Source: a virus | Taxonomy: Duplodnaviria; Caudoviricetes | Reading direction: 5' to 3' (one strand) | IMG/VR virus record: IMGVR_UViG_3300042453_002018 | Location: 1 to 64,000 of that record | Length of the DNA stretch: 64,000 nucleotides | Shown: positions 48,394 through 60,015 of the stretch, one piece after another | Layout of the letters: each line of letters begins with the position of its first letter | Numbering within the stretch: position 1 is the stretch's first letter | Position numbers and translations under genes: made by a program | The notes under the pieces: generated by a model | Told to the model about the DNA's origin: nothing | Databases searched by the model: none | What the model saw: the letters and a program-made list of their open reading frames with translations, nothing else

Positions 48394-49455
48394 ATTATTT
48401 CTTGAGTTGATGTGGAGATTGTGATGATTACCCCGGATGTTGAAGATGTTTTGATTGCTGAACTGGCCCGTGCTATTGCTGAGGCTACCTTGACTGATTA
48501 TACTGAAGAAGAGTGTGAGGCTGCGCTTGATGAGATGTTTGCAGAACATCAAGCCTTGATGTATGCTGCACAATCGTGGGACAATGACGCGGTAGCATAT
48601 GGTGAGATGTAATGAAATTATGTAAAGATTGTAAATACTTTGCCGAAGCCTCTGATAAAGAGGCTTTTTGCTTACATGAACAAGCGGTAAAGTATGATGA
48701 TCCAGTCTATGGCAATCATAGTAAAAGAACTTGCATTGATATGCGATTAGGCGGTCCTGATCGTACCGCATTATGTGGAAAAGTTGGTAAGTTGTGGACT
48801 GCAAAGCCAGGCTTTTCAGTAGGATCATACAACCCACTATGAAATATTACACTATAGTTTATCCTGATGTGACTGAATCTGGTCAAGAATATGACCATTG
48901 GGAAACATTATCAGAAAAGGAAATACTGAATCAATATTGGATATATTGGTTCACGAAAATGATTCAAGCCAAACGCCCTGATTTTGAGTTGACATCCGAA
49001 AATTGTATCAATGACTGGTGTATTGTGCATTGGGCACAACGAAATTGCTGGCGTGAGATGAAAGACAATTATGAGTGATGTTGAAGATAATGTTGCCAAG
49101 AGCAAAGCGGCCATATTTGATTTGATTGAACATAATGAAATGTTGGACGAAGATGGTTATCCAACTGATGCTGCGTTGGATGTTATTCGATTATGGCATT
49201 ACTCTGATGCACGTGGTTGGTTCAAGTTTATTGAGAACTTATGGCACTTTCGTACTTTTGGTTGGAAAGAAACTGACGAGCCGCACGAATACAGAGATAA
49301 AATCGTACACAAATATTATATCTCAACCTGTGGCTGGTCAGGTAACGAGAGTATTATTCGGGCTATGCAACAAAATGAAAATATGTTGTGGACACTAAAC
49401 TGGGAACAATCACGCCGTGGTGGTCATTATATTTTTGAGTTGAGGGAGTTTAAGA

Positions 49456-49659
49456 ATGAATAAACGAATTGGAGAACTGGCAGAACAAGCTGCACTACTA
49501 GGTCCCGGTAGTAGAATTGGTAATGCCCATGAAGCCACAGAAAAGTTTGCCCAGTTGATTCTGAAAGAATGTATTACCATTTGTGAAGATGGTAAAGACA
49601 CACAAATGACATCCATAGGTGCTGCTGATAGAATACGAACGACATTCGGTATAAAATAA
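49456..49659 (+). CDS. MNERI...EKFA family small protein
   Basis: MNKRIGELAEQA...EKFAQLILKEC...FG. Confidence 0.7.
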   Translation: MNKRIGELAEQAALLGPGSRIGNAHEATEKFAQLILKECITICEDGKDTQMTSIGAADRIRTTFGIK

Positions 49660-50379
49660 ATACTGCTATGATTTGGTGATAATCCAATCAAAGCAGAAAA
49701 TGTCCGACGATACAGAAGACCCAAGAGAAAAACTTAAAAAGTTTAAACCCAAAAAGAAAAAACTAGTTGTACCACAAGAATTTCTAGATAGTGCGAAATC
49801 CTATGATGAAAAGCTTATGTTGGTAAGGCATCTAACGGAAAGAGAAAAAGGTCGTGTTTTATTGATTATCCGTAGTATGTTGTCTGATGCAATTAAGAAT
49901 AAAGGCAAAGTGAAGTGAAACAGTTATTGGAAATATTACCAAGACTATTGAGCGCGATGCCTGAAATAGTCAAGTATATTAAATATATTCCAATACTAAT
50001 GATACTGGCTGGCATAGGTTATGGTGTATATTATGCCACGCTACATTACAAAGATCCCTATATGTGCTATAATAATCAGTTGTATGCACAAAAGTCTATG
50101 TTTTCAAATGTGTATATTTTTATTGGTGATATCTGTGTAAGTGGAAATGAGAATGAAAATCAGCCTCCTGTTACGGAAAATTAATTGGGAATATGTGGTT
50201 CTGTATGCATTCTATGGGTGCTGTTTTCTCATAGCAGCCACAGCCTATCATACAATCCGTAGTCAGTTTCAAGCCGCAGAAGAAGCTTGTCAAAATCGCA
50301 ACGGTGTCCTGTTGCAAGAAAAACAAGGAAATTTCATCTGTATCAAACGCAAGTCCGTAATACCCATCGAAGAAACCTC

Positions 50380-50408
50380 TTGACAAACCTCAGCACTCCT
50401 GTGATAAT
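50380..50408 (+). promoter_or_regulatory. sigma70-type early promoter
   Basis: TTGACA-17-GATAAT, then TGTGATGA...TGGAGAT. Confidence 0.75.
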
Positions 50409-51173
50409 GATTCTGTGATGAATTGATTTGGAGATGCAAAATGTACAATAATCTAATGGCTGAAGTTGAGTATATTCGAACCGCACGTGGTTACGGTATT
50501 CTAGAGGCAATTGCTTTTATTCTAGAATATGAGGCTGAGTTTCCCTCTGAGGTACGCCGTGAGTTGCGCGATTTTATGGACGAGGGTGCGCGGATGTTTG
50601 CGCCGCGTGAAGAGTATGAACTGGTGAGTTCAGACGGTACTGTGATTGACACTTTTACGATGGAGGCTGTATGATCGGCGAATCTTTTCTTGACGGTAAA
50701 CGAATCGTCGGTATGTACATGGGTGAATATCCTGTATCAGGTATCGTGCGGTTGAGTCGTATAAAATATGGTGGTGGTATGTCTCATCATGTTACACTTA
50801 ATCGACCAATCAGCGTGTATGGTGCGGTACGTGATTCGGTTATTCTTGATGCAAAAGAGATAGCGGGAGTTTTATAATGTATGTTGCAAAAGACTTTGGC
50901 ACGGTGCGTATCGTGCATGACGGTAGCCCCTTTGATGTCCTGTATGATATTAAAGTTGAACGGCTAGTCAACGGTGAATGGAAATTCTATGACGGCTACA
51001 ATAGCTTGTCAAATGATTATGCATTCTCTGAAGCAAATAATGCTGCTGCCCGAGCGTTAAAATTGAATTAAACCAGTCAAAAATGCATAAAAAATGAAAT
51101 TTGACCACTTCTGGTACATAGGTTTTGTGCTATGCATTTGTATATGCCTGTACATATTTCACAAGACACCACT

Positions 51174-51365
51174 ATGACCGAACGAATTAAAGAGTTAGCA
51201 ATTGAGGCTGGATATCTTCCAGACTCATTCGGTGTAGGGCATTGGGATATGCCAGAGTGTAAGAAGTTTGCTGAGTTAATTGTAAAAGAGGTTGAGTCGT
51301 ATATTGAGGAAGCTGAGGGTGATATAGATTTAGTACAATTTCTTATTGACAGGTATTTGAAATGA
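51174..51365 (+). CDS. MNERI...EKFA family small protein
   Basis: MTERIKELAIEA...KKFAELIVKE. Confidence 0.7.
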   Translation: MTERIKELAIEAGYLPDSFGVGHWDMPECKKFAELIVKEVESYIEEAEGDIDLVQFLIDRYLK

Positions 51366-51634
51366 ACGAACGAATTCGAGAACTTTCTGAACAGGCTGAA
51401 AAATATGCTGATGATAACTTTAGAGGCGAGCCTACCTGGTCGGAAGCATTTGAGTTAAAATTTGCCGAGTTGATAATACAAGAATGTGCCGCTTGCTGTG
51501 GTTCACAAGCCGATAAGCGAAACATTCGAAAGCGTTTTGGACTTTCAGTTGAGTCCAATGTACAATACGAAGCACCACCAATTTACGGCTCAGTAACCAG
51601 CCAATACACCCGAGAGTATAATATACCAAAATGA
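51362..51634 (+). CDS. MNERI...EKFA family small protein
   Basis: MNERIRELSEQA...KFAELIIQEC. Confidence 0.7.
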   Translation: MNERIRELSEQAEKYADDNFRGEPTWSEAFELKFAELIIQECAACCGSQADKRNIRKRFGLSVESNVQYEAPPIYGSVTSQYTREYNIPK

Positions 51635-51849
51635 ACGAACGAATAAGAGAATTAGGCAGGCAGGTTGGATTCTACATGGAAAATATGCATCCTGGTGGTT
51701 TTCCTAATGAAAATTTATTGGCGATAGAAAAGTTTGCTGAGTTGATTATACAGGAATGTGCTAATCTTTTTCCGTTGACATTTACGGACGAACAGTACCA
51801 GCGTAGAATTGATAAGACTATACTAAAACATTTCGGAGTTGATCAATGA
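51631..51849 (+). CDS. MNERI...EKFA family small protein
   Basis: MNERIRELGRQ...EKFAELIIQEC...KHFGV. Confidence 0.7.
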   Translation: MNERIRELGRQVGFYMENMHPGGFPNENLLAIEKFAELIIQECANLFPLTFTDEQYQRRIDKTILKHFGVDQ

Positions 51850-52016
51850 ACGAAAATGATATAGTTTACCGATTGCGAAAACGAGCAGAGATTCGCCGTC
51901 AAATACCTGACCGCAAGTCTGTGCAAGAAAACAAGCCCGACAGGATAGCAGACCTGTTAGAAGAGGCTGCGAATGAAATAGACCGTCTGCGTGAATATAA
52001 GGACCTAACTAAATGA
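51846..52016 (+). CDS. small hypothetical protein
   Basis: Translated by eye: VYRLRKRAEIRRQI...ADLLEEAANEI; ATGA overlaps at both ends. Confidence 0.65.
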   Translation: MNENDIVYRLRKRAEIRRQIPDRKSVQENKPDRIADLLEEAANEIDRLREYKDLTK

Positions 52017-52427
52017 TGGATATTTTCGTACCCGTTCTCTGGATTTGTATTAATGCGAACTGTGAATTTATGCAGGCTGAACAACACTATACCAGAGAGT
52101 CCGAGTGTAAACAACAAATTGACAAGCAAAAAGTTAAGATTAAAAAACTAGCCAGAGAAGCCAGAAGTCAAGTTGATACCCTTGAGGGTACCTGTATTTC
52201 CGTATCTATTCGAAAGAGTATGATATGAATACAAAAGATGAAGATAAGTGTATCAAAGCGGTTCGTGATGGAATGAAAGAAGGTATTATACCCATGTCGC
52301 TGACACCCGAGATGGAAAAATTGTTTAGGCTGGTGTATCGGCTAGGGTATAAACAAAGCACGATTGACCGTATGGAAAAAGAACTGAAACCCGACTTAGG
52401 TTATAGCCGCGTGGGATTAGAAAACGC

Positions 52428-52676
52428 ATGAACACAACAACAGAAATTCTGACAATCCTTCAAGAAGAGGCTGCTGAGGTAATCCAGGTAGCATCCAAGA
52501 TACACCGCTTTGGACACCGCCCTGACAATATGAAAAAACTAGCAGAGGAACTAGGTGATCTCCAATGTATGATCGACCTGTGTATAGAACACCAGCTAGT
52601 TGATGAAGCGATGCTCCAGATATATGCAAAAGACAAGCGCCATAAACTCAAAACATGGAGTAATATACCTGTATGA
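52428..52676 (+). CDS. MazG-like NTP pyrophosphohydrolase
   Basis: LQEEAAEVIQ...EELGDL. Confidence 0.75.
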   Translation: MNTTTEILTILQEEAAEVIQVASKIHRFGHRPDNMKKLAEELGDLQCMIDLCIEHQLVDEAMLQIYAKDKRHKLKTWSNIPV

Positions 52677-52801
52677 GAGCGATACTTCTACTGCTACTCC
52701 TCACCAGCTGTACACCAAAAACTACAATGATCCGCGTATTGCCAGAAACACAAAATCTCAACCATTGTCTAAAGAACAACAAAATAGTCTGTAATTAAGG
52801 C

Positions 52802-52830
52802 TTGACAATTCTACCATTTCCAGCTATCAT
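52802..52830 (+). promoter_or_regulatory. sigma70-type early promoter
   Basis: TTGACA-17-TATCAT. Confidence 0.8.
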
Positions 52831-53228
52831 AATCCTGTAATGAATGAATAAGGAGTTAGTTATTATGAAAGTTGTGAATTCTTCGGTGTATCTAGATTCG
52901 GTTCGTGCATATTTGACAATGCCTAAAGATATAGGTTTTGACTATATGGAAACACTAGTCGAAGAAATTTCTGATGCTGAGTGTATAACATGGACTGAAG
53001 CTTATGAGTTTTTCGGTGCTATGTGTGACAAAGTTATAATGGAAAAGTGGTGATCAAAATGACCAAAGTCTTTATTGTTGTTGATATGTCAGAAGGTATG
53101 TCACCAGGGACAGTCCTGCGTGTATTTGCAAAGTATGATGATGCCCTAGTATATGGCGAAGATTTGCTGTTTGACGGTGTGGTGAACGAGTTTGACATAT
53201 ATGAGCGTGAGGTGTACTAAATGTGTGG

Positions 53229-53268
53229 GTGTGAAAAAGTGTGAAATTGTGTGAAATTGTGTGATGCA
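53229..53268. repeat. 10-bp tandem repeat GTGTGAAATT (4 copies, 2 degenerate)
   Basis: GTGTGAAAAA GTGTGAAATT GTGTGAAATT GTGTGATGCA. Confidence 0.8.
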
Positions 53269-53401
53269 AACGCACTAGTGATGGGATACCAAAAATGCGT
53301 GTATTTATGTGTGCCTAAATCCATCACCTAAGCGCCGATGATCCGCAGAGTCGTGCGAAAATAGCAACACACCGCGCCGCACACAAAACGCAAAATACCG
53401 C

Positions 53402-53430
53402 TTGACAATTGCCGCAATGCCAGTTACCAT
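53402..53430 (+). promoter_or_regulatory. sigma70-type early promoter
   Basis: TTGACA-17-TACCAT, then TGTGATGA...TGGAGATT. Confidence 0.75.
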
Positions 53431-54123
53431 TTGTCTGTGATGAGATGAATTGGAGATTGAGATGATTGCGATTTTTGTACTGTTTGCTGTGATTGCTGTG
53501 TGGGGTGTTCTGGCTGCTGCCCCTGGTGCTGTTACTACTCTAGGTTAATAAAATGGAAACGATTGAAATTGTGTTCTGTATAGCCGCTCTGGTGGGTGGT
53601 GTGTATATTGTCATTGATGCAATGATTGATAGAGGTGAACTGTAATGAGAACGAAAACTCTGGTACCTGGAATGAAAAATACTGATAATATCCGCATTCG
53701 GTTCTGTGATGCTGATATCTCTGTGTATATGACGGTAAAGCAAGCGTTGGAAGGGTTCGGTAAAGTGGCGCATAGTATAGCGGTGGAGTCTGCGTTGAAG
53801 GCTCTAGGCGCTGCCAGGCGTGATCCTGGTGCTGCTGGAGTGGCTGCTGTGGGTCTAGCAGGTAACTGGCATGGCGTGGCACTACAAGTTGATTACTACG
53901 CATAAGGAAAATTGTATGTTTACAGAAAAACAACTAGCCGCTGCTTACAAGAAATTCAAAGGTAAAGTCGTAGTTGCTGAAATGGAAAAACCCAGACCCT
54001 CTGAGAAAACTTTCCGAAATAACAAGTATTCCGTCTTTAACCGTGGACGTATGGCCAGTCAATTCGGAAAAGGTGGTACGTATTCCTTCGTCGAAAAAAT
54101 CTAATGATTACCGCAGAAAAAGC

Positions 54124-54152
54124 TTGACAGAATTCTGCGGTTTTTGTATAAT
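54124..54152 (+). promoter_or_regulatory. sigma70-type early promoter overlapping an inverted repeat
   Basis: TTGACA-17-TATAAT; ACCGCAGAA...TTCTGCGGT brackets the -35. Confidence 0.85.
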
Positions 54153-55060
54153 GCTTTTGTGCTGATGATATGGAGATTGTGATGTATACCTGTGATGGAA
54201 GAAAATTCAAGACGCTGAGAGCCGCTGTTGCGTATGCTACAAAAACATTCGTTAAGACGGGTGTTAAGACTTTTACCATTGAGCCTGTGGTGGTATTGAA
54301 CAAGACACCTGGTTATATTGCTTATCTTGCAAATGGGATGAAATTATGATTATCCGACGTGAAACGATTAATGAGATTGCTACTCTGAAGTACCTTGGCT
54401 ACCCTGTGTGGCGTATTGCAGAGTTGATGAAAATTCCTGTAGCAGATATTACTGCTGCGATTAAAGCATGGAGACTGTAATGAAATATGCACAAGCACTA
54501 TTTACTGATGCTGATGTAGCCGAAGCGACACATGGTATGGGTGCGACCGTACTGAAACCGCGTAAAGCAAAACGTACCGCAATGCGCGTAAAGTCCAGTA
54601 AGGGCTTTGTAAAAGGTACGAGTGGGTTTGCAATGGGATATCCGCGTAAGACGTTTGTATAAGTGAAAACCGACTTTTGTATAATGGGATATCCGAGCAA
54701 AAAATTTGACTAAAAATGACTAAAAAAACGACCTTTTCAAATACAGATATAGCAAGTGCAGTTGATGCATTTACCGCAAACTGCACCACCGTGACCAGAG
54801 TGATGCCTGGCACAAGCAAGCATGGAGTAATTACTGAGTTGGTGCTACCTGGTACCACTCCACGTGAGTACACACCTAAACTAATACCCGAAAAGGACTA
54901 CAATGGGCCAGATGAAAAATATAGTAATTGATATCCTAGAGATGTATCAGAGAGGGTATAGCATATATGAAATTGCAAACTACCACGAAATGCGGCAAGA
55001 GTCCGTTGTAAGTGTGATTGAGACTTACGGTGGATATGCGGCGGAAGGGCTGTTCTTTGC

Positions 55061-55089
55061 TTGACAAAGTGGTGCACCCATGATACACT
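55061..55089 (+). promoter_or_regulatory. sigma70-type promoter upstream of candidate ncRNA
   Basis: TTGACA-17-TACACT. Confidence 0.75.
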
Positions 55090-55094
55090 AGAGA

Positions 55095-55236
55095 GGTGCT
55101 ACCGGGCAGTCTAAGTCGATAATTGCGCGTCACGTTACTTGCGCTCTAGTGTGGCAAAAGCTACAATCAAAGGAACATGCTATTCGGAAGCAACCTTATC
55201 GAACGAAAAGTCGAATTGCTCTATTCGGTCGCACCA
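55095..55236 (+). ncRNA. candidate rod-shaped structured RNA (~140 nt)
   Basis: Nested complementarity of 5' and 3' halves, own promoter, T run downstream. Confidence 0.5.
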
Positions 55237-55720
55237 AAATTTTTTTTCTGGCCAAAAACTGCACAATACTATGCCTGTCGTATACAACACACCTCTGATG
55301 GACACCGCGGCTGCACCAGCTGCTTCGGAAGTAAAGCCTGCTGATTCGCTGGATGCAAATGAGGTTATCGTACCAGCTCCCGCACTTATCAGCACGACAC
55401 CGAAGTTAGAAATCTTCGAAGGCTTTCCAGACATAAAGATTCCATCACTAGAGCATGGAAATGGTGATGCAAGTTTCGGCACAACACTCATTGCAATTCT
55501 GATATGTTTGTGGATTGCAAAGTTGATTTTGGGGCTGATACCGCGGTTTCTGCTGATTGGTATCGGAATTGCAATACTGTACACATTCATGCAATGATTC
55601 TCATATTCTATATTCTTGTCTTTTTAGCAATCAATCTGTGCATCACGGTACTGCTGCGACACATTGGCGGTAACGATGGATGGATGGAGTGGTATCGGAG
55701 AAAATCGCTTAGGGAACCTC

Positions 55721-55749
55721 TTGACAAAGGTAATTGATTCGCTTATAAT
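55721..55749 (+). promoter_or_regulatory. sigma70-type early promoter
   Basis: TTGACA-17-TATAAT. Confidence 0.85.
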
Positions 55750-56296
55750 GAAGTCTGTTGAGAGTGAATGGAGAAAGAAATGAAAGCAATTATTCTTACG
55801 CAAGTTTATGAGAACTATGCGATCCGTGAAGACGGCACGGTTGGTAAGGGTGCAGATGCGTACTTCAAACCCAAGGGTGGCGATGAGTATGTGGTGCGGA
55901 ATGTGACCGAAGATCAGGCATTCGAAATTCTCGAAAGAGTCGCTGGTCAAATTGAGAAATCGAATGACTACTATCAAGAGTTTATTGTCGATGTAAAGAT
56001 TGTCGAGGATGACTTTCTGACTGAGTATGAGTTGAATCAGTTGGAATGGGAAGGTAAGATTGTTTATCCACCGAAAGAAATTGAACTGGAGTTTGCATGA
56101 TGGATGCTGCGGACTTTCTGGATCGCGCTGAAAGATATGCCGCGGCGCGTGGTGATGAGAACTGGTTCAAAGAAGTGTACACTCGGTATCGTGAGTGGTA
56201 CAATGTGTCGGACTCGGTATGGTGTGCGCTGACATGGCTGTACGATGAAGATTCAGCTCGGATGCTGAAATACAAATATTGTGATGCAAGAATATA

Positions 56297-56626
56297 ATGG
56301 AGAAGAAAATGGTAAATGCTGACTTGGCTACTGCGCTGATTGGTTATAAAGATAACATCGTCGCAAATTATGTGAAATGGTGTGAAGATGCTGGCATCGC
56401 TGATATTGGTAAGTTTGGTATTGAGTTTGAGCCAGGGTCGAAGTACGTGAAAGTCGTGAAAGTTTCCTCTGGTGGTTCCCGCTCGGTACACTCTTTTGTC
56501 GAGAAAGAAAATGGTGCGATTTGGAAAGCAGCCAGCTGGAAAGCACCTGCGAAAAACTTCATTCGCGGTAATGTGTATGATGCATCGTCGTATACCAATC
56601 GCCTTTCATGGACAGGTGTAGCATAA
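56297..56626 (+). CDS. conserved phage early hypothetical protein
   Basis: KYVKVV...SVHSFV...KAASWKAPAK...RGNV. Confidence 0.75.
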   Translation: MEKKMVNADLATALIGYKDNIVANYVKWCEDAGIADIGKFGIEFEPGSKYVKVVKVSSGGSRSVHSFVEKENGAIWKAASWKAPAKNFIRGNVYDASSYTNRLSWTGVA

Positions 56627-57248
56627 TGATTGAAACATTCACACGTAAATCAAAGTTTACGGATCTCAAGCCCTATTGCCATTTTACCACAGATGATACC
56701 GATTTTATGGAACTCTGTGAGTGGAACAATGGTGAAGGGTTTGATTTGATTATGGCTCTTGGTAAACGACTTCAAACATTTTCAATGACTTGGGGACAGT
56801 TTGAAGCACTCCAAGCACTAGCAGCCTATAGGGAATAATATGAACTATTCGTTTGTGGTAAAATGCACCGAGTGTGATGATGAACACTTGACATCCGAAG
56901 TGAAGTTTGATAATATAGAAGAAAACTTTTATGGAGAAGATGTGGCTTATTTTACCTGCCCTGTGACTGAAGCGGCTACACAAAGCCGCGTGTATCGCCT
57001 ATGAGAGAATTCAAGTGGGAACGATACGGTGACAAATACTATTACTACGATTCGCTGACTGGTAAGATTGTCGGTGCAGTCAACAAGATAGCACTCCAAG
57101 AAGTTTGGATTGCTTTGGTCTATACGGGTGAATACTCTTTTACGATTCAAGATGAAAAACATCTGGGTCAGTATATCAATATGGATTTCGCAAAACGTGC
57201 AGCCGAGTTCTTTTGGGAACGTGAGAGTCGCACACTATTGGAATAAAT

Positions 57249-57659
57249 ATGAGTCCTAAACTTGATGCCGATCTGTGTGAGCATTATCCACAAATTATGA
57301 TTGAACGACACCTCGGTGCAATGCAGACTGTAATGTGTTGGGGTTTTGAACATTCTGACGGATGGTACAATCTCCTTGATACTGCTATGCGGCTGGTTCA
57401 ATCGCACATTGAAATGGAAAAACGCCGTGGTCATGAAATTGAGCAAGTGGTATTTGAACAAGTCAAAGAAAAGTTTGGTATGCTGACCATCTATCATCGT
57501 GGTGGTGATGACTACACAAATGGTGTGCTCCGCATGGCAGAAGAGATGAGCCGTCACACATGTGAAGAATGTGGTAACGTAGGCTATCCAACAAAGACTG
57601 GTTGGATACGAACTCTGTGTGACAAGCACCACGGAGAACATGAAGAAAGAACCAAATGA
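57249..57659 (+). CDS. conserved phage hypothetical protein with zinc ribbon
   Basis: DGW, QVKEKFG, CEECG, WIRTLC. Confidence 0.75.
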   Translation: MSPKLDADLCEHYPQIMIERHLGAMQTVMCWGFEHSDGWYNLLDTAMRLVQSHIEMEKRRGHEIEQVVFEQVKEKFGMLTIYHRGGDDYTNGVLRMAEEMSRHTCEECGNVGYPTKTGWIRTLCDKHHGEHEERTK

Positions 57660-58974
57660 TAATGTTTATCATTAATTTATTTTTTATAGTTATATTCTGG
57701 AACATGGCCACTATAGCCGCTGACGAAGGTCGTGTGGGTTGGGCATGGGTATATTTGATTTTGTCTGCACTAAATGGTGCAGCATTGTGTGCATCTATTT
57801 TTTAGGAGAAACGTATGAAAGAAGGAATTGTAGCGGGAATTGTATTTCTGTTGTTTTTTGCCATGATGTTTTCTGCAATGATCTATAGTGACACCATGAG
57901 AGTTCAATGCAGAGAAGCAGCAATCGCAAAAAATTATAGCGCAGTTGAAATTCAAGCAATCTGTCGCTGGTAAATAAGGAGAACAAAATGGCACAATGGA
58001 TTATTCACCCAAGTTGGAAGAAGTCGCTGATTGAACGCCAGTATTATCACAAAGGTGATAATACGTTTATGACAGAAACTGGATGGCGTTGGGGTAGTTT
58101 TGAAGTAGAAACTGAAGACGAAAACGTACCAAACATTACTGCTGGTGATAATCTGTGGGACTGCGGCTATTCTGTTGAATTACTTGAAACGACCGATGGT
58201 TGTTGGGAAAGTCATGATATGGATGATTGTGATGAAGAAACTCAACAAATGCTTGAGGAGTTTTTTGAAGAGGGCAATAGTGCATACGATTTGGAAGAAC
58301 GAGAAGATTGGGTGCAAGGTGATAGTGAGATGATCATTGATTGTGATCCTATCTTTGAACGTGTCGATGGTCCAAACGCTGGCAAACGCTATGATGTTGA
58401 TGGTAACGAAATCGTTGAAGGTCAGGAAAATTAATTATGGTCACTATTGTAAAGCATGAATGGCATCAAGTCGATGAACAGTATGCATTTGATCTGGATG
58501 AAGAAACACTTAGCAATATCTATCCTGACCTAGATGTCGGTGAAATTGTTTCTTTGATGGTGCGAATAGAAAATGGTGAAGTCTCAATTGAAGAAATTCT
58601 CGATGATGCATACAATAATGACGTAGAGATAGAATGGGATCACCAGTATTCGGACTGTTGGACTGCACGAAAAGGTGGCTATGATGTTACTTATGAGTTG
58701 GGTGATGAAGACAGTTGGGTAGCACCAGAGAAAGAACCAGAGCCTACTCACAAGTGTACAAAATGTAAGTGGACTGGTCAAAGTTATGATGCTGAATGGT
58801 CTTGGGAAGACAAAGAAGGCAATGAACTGGAAGATCCATTAAAGATTTGTCCATACTGTGAAAGTGATGTAGTATTGACTGAACATGGTATGCAAAAAGA
58901 AAAGAAAGAAGAAGAGTTACGTAAAAAATGGGAAGAAGAAAGTCAACGAGAGTTAGAAGAAGAAATAAGGAAAC

Positions 58975-59349
58975 ATGATGAGTAATTATGGTATACATTC
59001 AAATCGATTTCAGGGTGACTACAAACGTGTGTTAACGGTTTGTTCTGCTAACATGTTACGTAGCCCTACAATAGCACATATTCTTTCCGCAGACCCATAC
59101 AATTTCAATACTCGGTCAGCAGGTACAGAACCATATGCCTTGATTCCTGTTACTGAAGATTTGCTAATGTGGTGTGATGAGGTCGTGTGTGCTGATACTG
59201 AACACGCAATGTGGGTTCGCAACAAGATGATGGAGTGGATGCTAGACAAGCCTATCATTGATTTGCAGATTGATGATATCTATGAGTATCGCAATCCTGA
59301 ATTAATTGAACTTATCAAGGAGCGTTATGGACAACGAACTGCTGGATAA
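58975..59349 (+). CDS. low-molecular-weight protein tyrosine phosphatase-like protein
   Basis: VCSANMLRS (CX5R), SAGT. Confidence 0.85.
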   Translation: MMSNYGIHSNRFQGDYKRVLTVCSANMLRSPTIAHILSADPYNFNTRSAGTEPYALIPVTEDLLMWCDEVVCADTEHAMWVRNKMMEWMLDKPIIDLQIDDIYEYRNPELIELIKERYGQRTAG

Positions 59350-59562
59350 ACTAGCCCTGAGAACTGGCGGTAGTCTTTTCCCTGAAGTCTTTCAATATTA
59401 TCAAAAACAATATGTAATGCAACTGTTGTCAGAAATACATCAAGTGTTTCAAAAACAGCAATTTGACGGATATGCAATAGACTTCTGGGATGACATTGTA
59501 AAGCATTTCCAGCTTGACCATTATGAAATTGAAAAGTTGCATAAAAACAACAAAGAATCCGC

Positions 59563-59591
59563 TTGACAGATTACCACACTTCGGATATAAT
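59563..59591 (+). promoter_or_regulatory. sigma70-type early promoter
   Basis: TTGACA-17-TATAAT, then TGGAGATT SD. Confidence 0.85.
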
Positions 59592-59624
59592 GATTCATGT
59601 TGATTGATTACATGGAGATTTGTC

Positions 59625-60014
59625 ATGGCTTATGTTTCTCAAGAATTGAAGTCTAAGTTAGCCCCTAAGATTAAAGCGATTTGCAAAAAGCATGGCGTGA
59701 AGGCTAGCCTTGCGGTTCGCAATCATTCTACGCTGGTGCTGAATGTAAAATCTGGTAAAGTCGATTTTATCAGCGACTATGGTAATAGTCCTGAAACACG
59801 TGCCGATGCTGAGAAATTTGGAATTCAAGTAAATCCTTATCATTACAAAAGTCATTTTAATGGCGATGCGTATTTCTTTTTGTCCGAAGTGATTCCTGCG
59901 ATGAATGACGGTAATTGGGATAAGTCTGATATTCAAGTCGATTACTTTAATGTTGGTTGGTACATTGATGTAAATATCGGTAAGTGGAATAAACCTTACG
60001 TTTTGGAGGCTTAA
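59625..60014 (+). CDS. conserved phage early hypothetical protein
   Basis: MAYVSQE...DKSDIQVDYF...IGKWNKPY. Confidence 0.75.
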   Translation: MAYVSQELKSKLAPKIKAICKKHGVKASLAVRNHSTLVLNVKSGKVDFISDYGNSPETRADAEKFGIQVNPYHYKSHFNGDAYFFLSEVIPAMNDGNWDKSDIQVDYFNVGWYIDVNIGKWNKPYVLEA

Positions 60015-60015
60015 T

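Noticed and set aside
54632-54730. Short direct repeats AATGGGATATCCG (x2) and TGACTAAAAA (x2)
   Set aside because: Only two copies each, partly within coding sequence; probably local duplication or chance, with no supportable function.
55095-55236. tRNA or tmRNA (ends in GCACCA)
   Set aside because: No TTC(G/A)A T arm at the right distance from the CCA and too short for tmRNA; kept only as a generic ncRNA candidate.
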